The position numbers and the translations under genes were made by a program. Shown piece after piece: positions 30,170-38,967 of a DNA stretch of 64,000 bases. Where the stretch lies: NCBI GenBank assembly GCA_031291395.1, contig JARLJD010000109.1, forward strand, positions 8,294 to 72,293, read 5' to 3'. This stretch comes from Alphaproteobacteria bacterium. GTDB lineage: Bacteria > Pseudomonadota > Alphaproteobacteria > UBA9219. Below the pieces are notes generated by a model. That model did not search any database, was not told where the DNA came from, and saw only the letters and a program-made list of their open reading frames with translations. Each line of letters opens with the position of its first letter. Positions within the stretch are counted from its first letter, which is position 1.

Positions 30170-30493
30170 TGCGGTTTTCTCCCTAATTTTGACGAAAGAG
30201 CGGAAGTGATTTTGATTCTTTGGCGCGATACCTTCACAGTTGGAATTTTATTCGTGGAGAGTGTCAAAAATGTGGCGAAGCGAAAAGTAGGAGCGGCTCC
30301 CAGCCGCGACCCATTTCAAAAAAAAAGAGTCACGGCAGGAAATCCCTTCAACAAGAAAACGCTACCGGCGCTATTTCTGCAATGGGAAATTCCCCGCCCC
30401 CATAATCGTTATTGCAAGCCTTGGCTGAACATATTACGAAAATGGGACGCGGGCTTGAGCTGCGGCGTGCTGTGAATAACAACCGATCATCAA

Positions 30494-32113
30494 ATGTTAA
30501 CTGGAAATTCCAAATTTTATCGTTACGCAGCTTGGGCTGTTTTCGCCGTCGTGCTTGTCCTGATCCTTCTCACCTTTCTCGATTACGGCATAACGTGGGA
30601 CGAGGAGCTGCAGAGCCAATATGGGCTGGCGATCGCCGATTATTACGCGTCGTGGTTTAAAGACCACCGCTTTGATGAGATTTTTAATCTTTATCTTTAC
30701 GGCGGCATGTTCGACGGGCTGGCGGCAGTCGTCGATCAGTATTTGCCGTTGCGCATTTACGACTCGCGCCATTTGCTGAACGCTTTGTTCGGTTTGCTGG
30801 GCATGTGGGGAACGTGGCGCGTGGGGCGCTTGCTGGGCGATGGCGCGACGGCGCTTCTTGCGCTGATTTTGCTCGCAACGGTGCCGATGTATTACGGGCA
30901 TATGTTCAATAATCCAAAGGATATTCCGTTCGCGGTCGGGATCATCTGGATCGTTTATTTTATGACGCGCAGCTATGCCAAGCCGGAGTTGCCGGTTTTG
31001 CTGAAGCTCGGCGTAGTGCTCGGATTGACGCTGGGGGTCAGGGTCGGCGGCGCGATGATCTTCTTTTTCTGGCTTGCGCCGATGGGGATCGTCGCGGGTC
31101 TTCCTTGGTTGCGGCAACGGAATGGGGAGAACGCGCGCGTTGTATTCAAGGACGTGTGGCACAAGGCGTGGCGCGTCGTGTTGCCTGTCGGGGCTGTCGG
31201 GTATGCGGTGATGCTGCTTTGCTGGCCGTGGGCGCAGCAGAATCCGATCATGAACCCACTGCACGCGTTGGCTGAATTCAGTAATTTCCCGCAAATAGTC
31301 GAGGTGCTGTTCGACGGGACGACTTATATGTCGACGGATTTGCCGTGGTATTATGTGCCGCTTTATTTTGGTATCCAGTTACCGGAGCTTTTACTGTTTC
31401 TGCTGGCTGCTTCGGTGTTTTTTCTTCCGAAAACATGGCGTCATTTTACGTTGGCGCAAAAGCAGGGGTTTTCTCTGATCGTTTTGATGATGGGGGTTCC
31501 CGTTCTTTACGCGATGCTGCGGCATCCCGCGCTTTACGACAATGTGCGGCATTTCCTGTTTGCCGTGCCGTTGATGTGCGTCGTGGCGGCTTTGGGTGCG
31601 CGGACGGGGTTTGTGTGGTGCGTTTCCCAATTCCGGAATCATGCGGCGAAGCATGCGGTGGCCGCGGCTTTGTGCGTTTTTGTCGCGATCCTGCTCGGCT
31701 CGCAGATCGTTATTATGGCGCGGTTGCATCCTTATGAATATATATATGACAATCAATTTATCGGCGGCGTCAGCGGCGCTTATGGAAAATATTCATCCGA
31801 TTATTGGGGATCGTCGTTCAAGGACGCGGCGCAGAGGATTCAGGAATTGGTCGCCAAGGAAGGCGGCGTACCGGACGGAAAAATATTCAAAATCGCCATT
31901 TGTGGCCCGTGGGATGCGGCGATGATTTATCTGCCTCCGGATTACGAAGCCGTCACTGCCGACAAGCCCGCCGATTTCTTTTTAGCGACGACGCGCTGGA
32001 TGTGCCAGAACATGCGTCCCGGCAAGGAAGTCATCCGCATCCAGCGCATGGGCGTGCCGCTGGCCGTCGTCAAAGATCTGCGCGGAGGGTTCGAGGTTTA
32101 TAAGGGGAAGTGA
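30494..32113 (+). CDS. polytopic membrane glycosyltransferase, ArnT/PMT-like (GT39/GT83 superfamily)
   Basis: 539 aa with at least 10 TM helices. The N-terminal extracytoplasmic loop carries a DxD-like motif (LDYGITWDEE). It lies near the PmrAB-like two-component system. Confidence 0.5.
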   Translation: MLTGNSKFYRYAAWAVFAVVLVLILLTFLDYGITWDEELQSQYGLAIADYYASWFKDHRFDEIFNLYLYGGMFDGLAAVVDQYLPLRIYDSRHLLNALFGLLGMWGTWRVGRLLGDGATALLALILLATVPMYYGHMFNNPKDIPFAVGIIWIVYFMTRSYAKPELPVLLKLGVVLGLTLGVRVGGAMIFFFWLAPMGIVAGLPWLRQRNGENARVVFKDVWHKAWRVVLPVGAVGYAVMLLCWPWAQQNPIMNPLHALAEFSNFPQIVEVLFDGTTYMSTDLPWYYVPLYFGIQLPELLLFLLAASVFFLPKTWRHFTLAQKQGFSLIVLMMGVPVLYAMLRHPALYDNVRHFLFAVPLMCVVAALGARTGFVWCVSQFRNHAAKHAVAAALCVFVAILLGSQIVIMARLHPYEYIYDNQFIGGVSGAYGKYSSDYWGSSFKDAAQRIQELVAKEGGVPDGKIFKIAICGPWDAAMIYLPPDYEAVTADKPADFFLATTRWMCQNMRPGKEVIRIQRMGVPLAVVKDLRGGFEVYKGK

Positions 32114-32169
32114 AGAGGGACATAGGCGGCGGTGGGATATACTTCTGGCCGATACGATTGTGACGTTCG

Positions 32170-32235
32170 TAGGAGCGGCTTCCAGCCGCGACTGTTGTCG
32201 TAAAAAAAAGGCCGCGGCTGGAAGCCGCTCCTACG
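32170..32235. repeat. repeat family B, perfect palindrome (likely bidirectional terminator)
   Basis: gtaggagcggcttccagccgcgac ...a8... gccgcggctggaagccgctcctac, between convergent genes. Confidence 0.7.
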
Positions 32236-33376
32236 AGAAAGCGTGATTTGTGTTATTCTGTAGTATTATCATAACCTTCCATAATTCCCCCATTTCCGCG
32301 GGCGAGGTCAGTTTGTCGAGGGCGGCGACGATTTTATTTTTTTCCGGCGGCGAGGCTTCGCGTTTGTAGGCTTGCGTTTTTATGCCGAGTTCCAAGAGAA
32401 AATCGCCTTGGCCTTTCAGGTCTGTGACCCGCGCGCCTTGCGTTTCCGCCGCGCGGCGCAGGGCGGAGAAATCGACGCCAACCGTTATATCCGTTTGACC
32501 CGGGGACGTCAGAAGGTTTGTATAAATATGCTGGCTCCAAGCGGCAAAGGTCGGCTGACCGGAGGGCGCGGCGTGGCCGTAATCTATGACAAGCGCGGTT
32601 CCCCCATGCCGGACGATATGCGCGGAAATTTTCTCGATGATTTGGCGGGATTGGTTGGATATTTCGTAGGCGCCCCACGGTTTTGCTTCTTTCAGATTAT
32701 CGTTGAGGAATTTTTTGGTCGAGGGATCGGTTATTTTCTCGTCCACGAAAAACAGGCTTCCGTTTTTGCAATCGACGCGGCGTTCCATCCAGCCTGACGG
32801 GGCGTTTAGGAACAGCCGCGCCGGAATATTGTCGAAAAATTCATTGGCGATGACGAGGATCGGTTCGGCATTAAGCTGGGCGAGGTTTTCGATATGAACG
32901 GGGGAAAACTTCGCCAGAATTTCCTGTTGCAGGGCGCGCAGGGTCGCATTGCTTTCGATCAGGCGGATGTTCAGGGCTTTATGAAAATCCGGCGCGGATG
33001 ATGTGGCGCGCAACAGGTCGTTCAGCAAAGTGCCGCGGCCGGGGCCGAGTTCGAGGAGGGTGAAGGATTCGGGTTTTCCCATTTTCTCCCACGCGTTCAG
33101 GCACCAGACGCCGATCATTTCTCCGAACAGAGGGCTGATTTCGGGGGCGGTGTGGAAATCCCCGTGCGCGCCGATGGGATTGCCTTTGCGATAATAGCCG
33201 TAGCGGGGATGTTGCAGCGTTATCTCCATATAACGCTCAAGCGTTAGGGGGCCTTGCCGTCGGATGATGTCTTTGAGGATCGGCACGAGGGGCGCGGCGG
33301 CGCGGTTTATTTGAAAGCGAAGATAGCGGTTGGCAAGGAACTGTTTGAAGCGGCGGATGTATTTGGGGCGTTTCAT
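32231..33376 (-). CDS. MidA-like class I SAM-dependent methyltransferase (DUF185 / NDUFAF7 family)
   Basis: 381-aa C-terminal portion of track ORF 32231..34555, with LELGPGRGTL motif I and DUF185-like sequence. The start is set at MKRPKY (ATG complement about 33374-33376); the upstream extension is antisense to mnmA. Coordinates may be off by ±1. Confidence 0.6.
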   Translation of the reverse strand: MKRPKYIRRFKQFLANRYLRFQINRAAAPLVPILKDIIRRQGPLTLERYMEITLQHPRYGYYRKGNPIGAHGDFHTAPEISPLFGEMIGVWCLNAWEKMGKPESFTLLELGPGRGTLLNDLLRATSSAPDFHKALNIRLIESNATLRALQQEILAKFSPVHIENLAQLNAEPILVIANEFFDNIPARLFLNAPSGWMERRVDCKNGSLFFVDEKITDPSTKKFLNDNLKEAKPWGAYEISNQSRQIIEKISAHIVRHGGTALVIDYGHAAPSGQPTFAAWSQHIYTNLLTSPGQTDITVGVDFSALRRAAETQGARVTDLKGQGDFLLELGIKTQAYKREASPPEKNKIVAALDKLTSPAEMGELWKVMIILQNNTNHAFS

Positions 33377-33463
33377 TGGGGGAACCGGTGCTTGTTTTTT
33401 GGCGGCGTGTATACTGTAATAAGGCGCGAAAACATAATCACGGATGATGCGGAGGAAGGCAAC

Positions 33464-34549
33464 TTGGAATTTGATCAGGAACCCAAAGGCGCGCGGGTTG
33501 CCGTCGCGATGTCGGGCGGCGTGGATAGCGGCGTAGCGGCTGCCTTGCTGGCGCAGCAGGGGTGCGATGTCGTCGGTGTGACGATGCGGCTTTATAGCGG
33601 GGGGAAAGACGCCGTTGAGGATGCGCGTCGAGTGGCGGATAAGATAGGGATTCCGCATCATGTTTTCGATTGCGCAAGCGAATTTTCGCACAGCGTGATT
33701 GACGATTTCGCGGACAGTTATTTGCGCGGCGAGACGCCTGTGCCTTGCGCGCGGTGCAATCAGCGCATCAAATTCGGCGCGTTGCTTTTGAAGGCGCGCG
33801 AGATGGGCGCCGAGGCTTTGGCGACGGGGCATTACGCGCGGCGCGTGATGGGGGCGAAGGGCGCGGAGTTGCATCGCGCGGCGGATCAAACCCGCGATCA
33901 AAGTTATTTCCTGTTCGCGACGACGCAAGAGCAGTTGGCGTTTCTGCGTTTTCCTTTGGGCGGGATGAGGAGCAAGGATGACGTTCGCGCTTTGGCCGCA
34001 CGTTTTGATTTGCCGGTAGCGTCGAAGCCGGACAGTCAGGATATTTGTTTCGTCCCGGACGGCGATTACGCCGGTCTTGTCGCCAAACTGCGCCCGGGCG
34101 CGTGCGCGGCGGGGGATATCGTTGATGAGCAAGGGCGCGTTTTGGGGCGGCATGAGGGCATCATTCATTACACGGTCGGGCAAAGGCGCGGACTGAATTT
34201 CGGGCGCAGGGGCGAGAATAACGCGCCGCTTTATGTTCTGCGGTTGGATGCCGAGAGAAAGCTGGTCGTTGTCGGGCCGCGGGAATCCCTTGCGCAGCGG
34301 GAGGTTTTTTTGCGCGAGGTTAATTGGTTGGGCGATGTCGTGCCGGAGGAGGGGATCGGCGTCAGCATCAAACTGCGTTCCGCGCAGCCGCCCTTGGCCG
34401 CGATTTTCCGGATGCATGACGAAGGTCGCGGCGTTGTGACCCTTGCCGAGCCAGCATACGGCGTCGCGCCCGGGCAGGCGGGGGTGATTTATGCGGGGGA
34501 GCGGGTGTTGGGGGGCGGGTGGATTGAGTCGCAATACCCCTCCGTCTGA
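33464..34549 (+). CDS. mnmA: tRNA-specific 2-thiouridylase MnmA
   Basis: PP-loop VAVAMSGGVDSGVAAALL plus the catalytic Cys region (CARCNQRIKFGALL). There is no in-frame ATG near the expected N-terminus, so a TTG at 33464 is proposed. Confidence 0.75.
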   Translation: MEFDQEPKGARVAVAMSGGVDSGVAAALLAQQGCDVVGVTMRLYSGGKDAVEDARRVADKIGIPHHVFDCASEFSHSVIDDFADSYLRGETPVPCARCNQRIKFGALLLKAREMGAEALATGHYARRVMGAKGAELHRAADQTRDQSYFLFATTQEQLAFLRFPLGGMRSKDDVRALAARFDLPVASKPDSQDICFVPDGDYAGLVAKLRPGACAAGDIVDEQGRVLGRHEGIIHYTVGQRRGLNFGRRGENNAPLYVLRLDAERKLVVVGPRESLAQREVFLREVNWLGDVVPEEGIGVSIKLRSAQPPLAAIFRMHDEGRGVVTLAEPAYGVAPGQAGVIYAGERVLGGGWIESQYPSV

Positions 34550-35523
34550 AACCACTTTATAGCGTCTTCAATGGCTTCGCGGGCGGGGCGGGAGGTGTAG
34601 GTTAGGTCGCGGGTGGCTTTGGCTGACGTGAAATACATTTTCTTTTTTGACATGCGCAGGGCGTCGCGGGTGACGATGGGGTTCCAGCCGGTTAGGCGGG
34701 CGGCGAGTTCCATGCCGATGGCGACGGGATAAATCGCGGCGCGGGGGAGTTGGATTTTGGGGGCGGGGCGGCGGGTAAGCTCGGCGATGATTGCGAGGAT
34801 GTCGCTGAGCGCGAGGTTGTCGCCGCCGAGGATGTAACGCTCGCCGATCTTGCCGCGCTCCAAAGCCAGCCAGTGTCCCAGTGCGACATCGTCGACGTGG
34901 ACGACGTTCAGGCCGGTGTCGACATAGGCGGGCATGCGGCCGCGCGCGGCGTCGACGATGATGCGGCCGGTTGGAGTCGGCTTGATGTCGCGCGGGCCTA
35001 TGGGGGTTGAGGGATTGACGATAACGGCGGGAAGGTTGTGGTGTTCGATCAGGCGGCGGACTTCGGCTTCGGCGAGATATTTCGATTGTTTATAAGTGCC
35101 GACCATATCCTCGAAAGTCACGGGCGAATCTTCGCTCGCGGGCGAGCCGTCTTTGTGCAGACCTAACGTCGCGACTGAGCTTGTGTAGACCACGCGTTCA
35201 ACATTGGCATCAAGAGCAGCAAGCATCAGAGCGCGGGTGCCATCGATATTGACGCGGTTCATTGCCGCAGCGTCCGGCACCCAAATCCGGTAATCTGCCG
35301 CGACGTGCAGGAGGTTACGGCAGTTTTTTAAGGCATTACGGTAGGTTTCAGGTTGGGTGAGGTCGCCTTCGACGATTTCGATGTCTAGGCCGTTCAGATT
35401 GCGGCGGTCGTTATGGGGGCGCGAGAGGACGCGCAGACGATGCCCTTTGGCGATCAGTAAGCGGGCGACAGCCGCACCGACAAAGCCGGTGGCTCCGGTG
35501 AGGAAGGTGGTTTGTTGGGTCAT
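34489..35523 (-). CDS. NAD-dependent epimerase/dehydratase family protein (HpnA-like)
   Basis: N-terminal Rossmann motif FLTGATGFVGAAV and a YxxxK region. Confidence 0.65.
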   Translation of the reverse strand: MTQQTTFLTGATGFVGAAVARLLIAKGHRLRVLSRPHNDRRNLNGLDIEIVEGDLTQPETYRNALKNCRNLLHVAADYRIWVPDAAAMNRVNIDGTRALMLAALDANVERVVYTSSVATLGLHKDGSPASEDSPVTFEDMVGTYKQSKYLAEAEVRRLIEHHNLPAVIVNPSTPIGPRDIKPTPTGRIIVDAARGRMPAYVDTGLNVVHVDDVALGHWLALERGKIGERYILGGDNLALSDILAIIAELTRRPAPKIQLPRAAIYPVAIGMELAARLTGWNPIVTRDALRMSKKKMYFTSAKATRDLTYTSRPAREAIEDAIKWFQTEGYCDSIHPPPNTRSPA

Positions 35524-35570
35524 TCTACTTATCGAAGGGGTTTCATTGATTATTCATTTGAACAAATTCA

Positions 35571-38282
35571 TCACCCGTTCGCCGCATGCAATTCTTCTTT
35601 GATTTGCTGCAGGTGCCCGTCGAGGATTCCGAGGGTGTCGACCAGTTCCGTTAGAATCTCCGCTTGTTTTTCGAGTTGGACTTGCGTGGCAAAATCAGAG
35701 ACGGATCTGGTTGGCGCAAGCGTCGGCTTGGCGGTCAGACGGGTTTCTATTTTATCGAGTTGCCCTGCAATTTCTCCGACCAGACTGGCGCGCGAGGCTT
35801 CGATCTGCGCCGACACCTGAAACCACTGGTCGAGGAATTGCTGCTGCATCTCCGGCGGAATGGAACATGTCGGCATCGGGATGGGTTTGCCCGCTTCCGC
35901 TTGCGCGGCCTCTGCCGCCTGACGAGTCGCGGCGAGCTCTTGACCGAACGCGCTGAGCGCCAGATTGGTTTCCCCCTGCGCGGCGGCGATCTTCTCGCCA
36001 AGCGCGGCGATGTCGTTTTGTTCGCTTAGATTCTGCAGTTCTTCCCGCAAATTCTGGCGCAAGTCGCCGGGCAAGGCCGAAGCCAGAATGGCGACTTTGC
36101 CGTTCAGTTCGGCCAGTTCCGCGACTTTTTCCTCTAGAACGGAAAGCTGGTTTTGCTCCTTCAAAACTTGCAGCTCCTCCCGCAAATTCTGGCGCAAATC
36201 GCCGGGCAAAGCGGAGGCCAAAATGGCGACTTTGCCGTTCACTTCGGCCAATTCCGAAATCTTTGCGCCGAGATCGGCTATATCGTTGTGCGCGGTTATG
36301 CGTTGCAAATCTTCCTGTAAATTGGAGCGCATTTGGTCGGGCAGGGCGGTGACAAACGCGGCAATCCGTTCGTGCAATGCGGTCAACGATGCCGCTACGG
36401 CCTCCTTCTGCTCCGCATGATTTTGCGCGAGGTTTTGTTCCAAAGCCCCGGCCAAGCCCGCTTGCGCGTCTTTCTGTTCGTCAAGTTTGATTTGAAGCGC
36501 CGCCAATTGTCCCGCGATATGTTCAAACTGGCTTGCTAAGGGAACCAAAGCGGATTCCGGCGCGGCTCCAACCTGAATGTTTGTTTGCCCCTCCAGCTTG
36601 TTTTGCACCAAGGCCAATTGGCTTGCGATTTGTTCAAGCTGACTTTTCAAAGGCGCTGCAATCGCGTCCGGCGCAGCGCCTTTTTCCAAGGCCTCCGCAA
36701 AATAGGCATGCGCGTTTGTTTGCTCGTCCAGTTTAACCTGTAAGACATCCAACTGCCCCGCGATATGTTCGATCTGGTCGGTCAAAGGAGCCAATACGGA
36801 TTCTTGCGTTGCCGCGCCGACAGGCGTGTTCGCCTTTTCGTCCAGCCCGTTTTGCAGCGTCGTCAACTGATCCTTGATCTGGTTCAACCGTTCGGCCAGC
36901 GCGGCGAATTGCGCTTCGGGGGCGTTGTTTTTGATGTTCTCCGTCGTTTCGGCCAGAACTTTTCCGCCCGCTTGCAGCAAATTAATCGCGCCGAACAAAC
37001 GCTCGCCCAGATCGTCCGCCGTCGAGGAAAGTTTGTTTAGCGTTTCCCCTGCTTGTTCGGCGTTCGACTTCAAACCGATTTCGCTGGTGGCCAAAGACTG
37101 CAACGTTTGCGCGATCTGCTTGCCCGTTATTTGCGTAATCTCGGCAAGCCCTTGAGCGCGATCCTGAATAAGCGGGATCAAGCGGGTCAACTGATCGGCG
37201 GCGTGCGCGTGCGCGTTTTTCAAATTTTCCGCCGAACCCGTCATCTCGGCAATCGCCTGTTTAATCTGCATATCGCCACTTTGCCCGCTTTTGGCAATAT
37301 TTTGTAAAATCGTTTCGACTTTTTGCGCTAGCGCGGCGACGGACTGCTTTTGTAGCGCAACGGCATCGGTCAGCGTCGCGGCCTGCGCGCGGATGGTTTC
37401 CGAGTCGCCGGAGATCGCCTTCATCATTGCTTCGAACAGAGAGCGCGAACCGCCTTCAAACCGCATGCGCACGGGGCCTTGTTCGCTGAGCAGCGACAGA
37501 TCGGGCAGGTGGCTGAATTGATATCGCGCCAGATCAACGGCGCGCGCCAACTCGCCGATCATGTCCTGCCGTTCGATGCCCCAAATGGCGGTGCGCATGT
37601 CGCCGCGCGCCATATTCTGGATGCTTTGCGCCAGCGCGCGCATGGGTGCGGATTGCCGGTCGCGTAAAACCAAATAAATGCCGGCGGCGCAAGCGGCCGC
37701 GATGATCAGGCTGCTCCAACTGACCAAGGTCAGTAGCATCGCCCAGAACTGCATCCCTTTTTGCGCCGCAAGCCGCGCCGAGGCATTGGCGGCCGCGTCC
37801 CGCGTTTCCAAAACCGGCAAAGTCGCATAAAGCGGCGCAAGATCGGCGGCGGTGAATTCATTTGCCCCTGTTGCGTCCGCAGGCGCGTCGATTTTCTGCA
37901 GCGCTCCATCGAACATCGCGGCAATCGCGGTCAATTCGCGGTGCGTCTCGGCGGAAGTTGTGTCAGGCAGATGCGCGACGATATCATCCGCCGATTTGAT
38001 CAGTTCTTTCATATCGGCAAAGTTCGACGCGTCGCGCGTCGAGACATATTTCTGCGCAAGGCCGACAAATCCCCCATAGCCCCAATCGCGGCGCAAACTG
38101 TCGAACATATCCTGATTGCCGCCCAAAGCGTTATCGGGCGCGGCCAGCACTGTCTCCGCGCGGTCGAGCTGATATTTCATATACCCCGCCCCGCCGATCA
38201 TCGCCACGCAGACAAAGACTGTAAGGCTAAGCGCAAAAGCAGCAAAACGACTGACGCCGGAGAAGGGAGAGTTGGGGGACAT
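35571..38282 (-). CDS. large membrane-anchored HAMP-domain coiled-coil protein with internal tandem repeats
   Basis: Two TM segments flank a periplasmic region of about 200 aa. A HAMP-like segment follows (PMRALAQSIQNMARGDMRTAIWGIERQDMIGELARAVD), then about 600 aa of heptad-rich sequence with repeated blocks (e.g. VAILASALPGDLRQNLREELQ twice). The start is set at the internal Met preceding TM1. Confidence 0.45.
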   Translation of the reverse strand: MSPNSPFSGVSRFAAFALSLTVFVCVAMIGGAGYMKYQLDRAETVLAAPDNALGGNQDMFDSLRRDWGYGGFVGLAQKYVSTRDASNFADMKELIKSADDIVAHLPDTTSAETHRELTAIAAMFDGALQKIDAPADATGANEFTAADLAPLYATLPVLETRDAAANASARLAAQKGMQFWAMLLTLVSWSSLIIAAACAAGIYLVLRDRQSAPMRALAQSIQNMARGDMRTAIWGIERQDMIGELARAVDLARYQFSHLPDLSLLSEQGPVRMRFEGGSRSLFEAMMKAISGDSETIRAQAATLTDAVALQKQSVAALAQKVETILQNIAKSGQSGDMQIKQAIAEMTGSAENLKNAHAHAADQLTRLIPLIQDRAQGLAEITQITGKQIAQTLQSLATSEIGLKSNAEQAGETLNKLSSTADDLGERLFGAINLLQAGGKVLAETTENIKNNAPEAQFAALAERLNQIKDQLTTLQNGLDEKANTPVGAATQESVLAPLTDQIEHIAGQLDVLQVKLDEQTNAHAYFAEALEKGAAPDAIAAPLKSQLEQIASQLALVQNKLEGQTNIQVGAAPESALVPLASQFEHIAGQLAALQIKLDEQKDAQAGLAGALEQNLAQNHAEQKEAVAASLTALHERIAAFVTALPDQMRSNLQEDLQRITAHNDIADLGAKISELAEVNGKVAILASALPGDLRQNLREELQVLKEQNQLSVLEEKVAELAELNGKVAILASALPGDLRQNLREELQNLSEQNDIAALGEKIAAAQGETNLALSAFGQELAATRQAAEAAQAEAGKPIPMPTCSIPPEMQQQFLDQWFQVSAQIEASRASLVGEIAGQLDKIETRLTAKPTLAPTRSVSDFATQVQLEKQAEILTELVDTLGILDGHLQQIKEELHAANG

Positions 38283-38387
38283 GATGATGAAGGAAATGGG
38301 AACGGGGAAGGCGGGGGGATTATGGTAAATTTTGGGTGGAAAAGCAATCGGTTCATGGGGCATGCTTACCCCCACGTCAAAAAAAAT

Positions 38388-38530
38388 GTCGTTATTCCAG
38401 CGAAAGAGGGAATCCATCTTGAGGCGCGTCTGCGCCGATAAAAACAACTGCATTTTCAATGGAACTGCAGTTGGACTTTTATGCTCGCTATCGCGAGCGA
38501 TGGATTCCTGCTTTCGCGGTAATGACGATC
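38388..38530. repeat. repeat family C, full element with terminal inverted repeats
   Basis: gtcgttattccagcgaaagagggaatccatc ... gatggattcctgctttcgcggtaatgacgatc. Confidence 0.65.
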
Positions 38531-38602
38531 AGACGGAAGAAGAGAAAAAGTCGCTAATTAGTTTCAAGATTCTATGCTATGTTTTTTTAATTATGAGGTT
38601 AT

Positions 38603-38899
38603 ATGCCTCCAATAAAGCAACTTTATAATCATGAGGGTACAATGAAGAATACGACAAAATGCCTTTTTGCTGTCGCAGCTGTCGGGGGATTAGTGTGGGC
38701 CGGGAGTCATTTATATAAGACACAAAAGAAGAATGGTAATTTGTCCTCGAGGGCGGCTATCTCGCAAAGTTGCGGCCTTCTTCCCGATCCTGATTATACA
38801 CAGGAGGAGGTGATTGCGTCGTTTTGCGAGAATGTCGCCGATCCTGCTCATCCTGCGGACGTCTGTCGTAAAAACGTGACCAAGAGACTGGAACGGTAG
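38603..38899 (+). CDS. small hypothetical secreted/membrane protein, 98 aa
   Basis: An AT-rich ORF with an N-terminal hydrophobic segment (CLFAVAAVGGLVWAG) and four Cys residues. Confidence 0.35.
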   Translation: MPPIKQLYNHEGTMKNTTKCLFAVAAVGGLVWAGSHLYKTQKKNGNLSSRAAISQSCGLLPDPDYTQEEVIASFCENVADPAHPADVCRKNVTKRLER

Positions 38900-38917
38900 T
38901 TCTAGCAAGGGTCAACA

Positions 38918-38958
38918 GGGACGGAGTGTGAGAAAGAACACTCCGTCCCTCCCGATTT
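38918..38958. terminator. bidirectional rho-independent terminator
   Basis: gggacggagtgtgagaaagaacactccgtccc followed by a T-rich tail, between convergent genes. Confidence 0.6.
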
Positions 38959-38967
38959 TATAAATAG

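Noticed and set aside
33377-34555. N-terminal 393 codons of track ORF 32231..34555 (minus)
   Set aside because: This part is antisense to mnmA, which has PP-loop motifs. Only the C-terminal 381 aa (the MidA-like methyltransferase) is taken as real.
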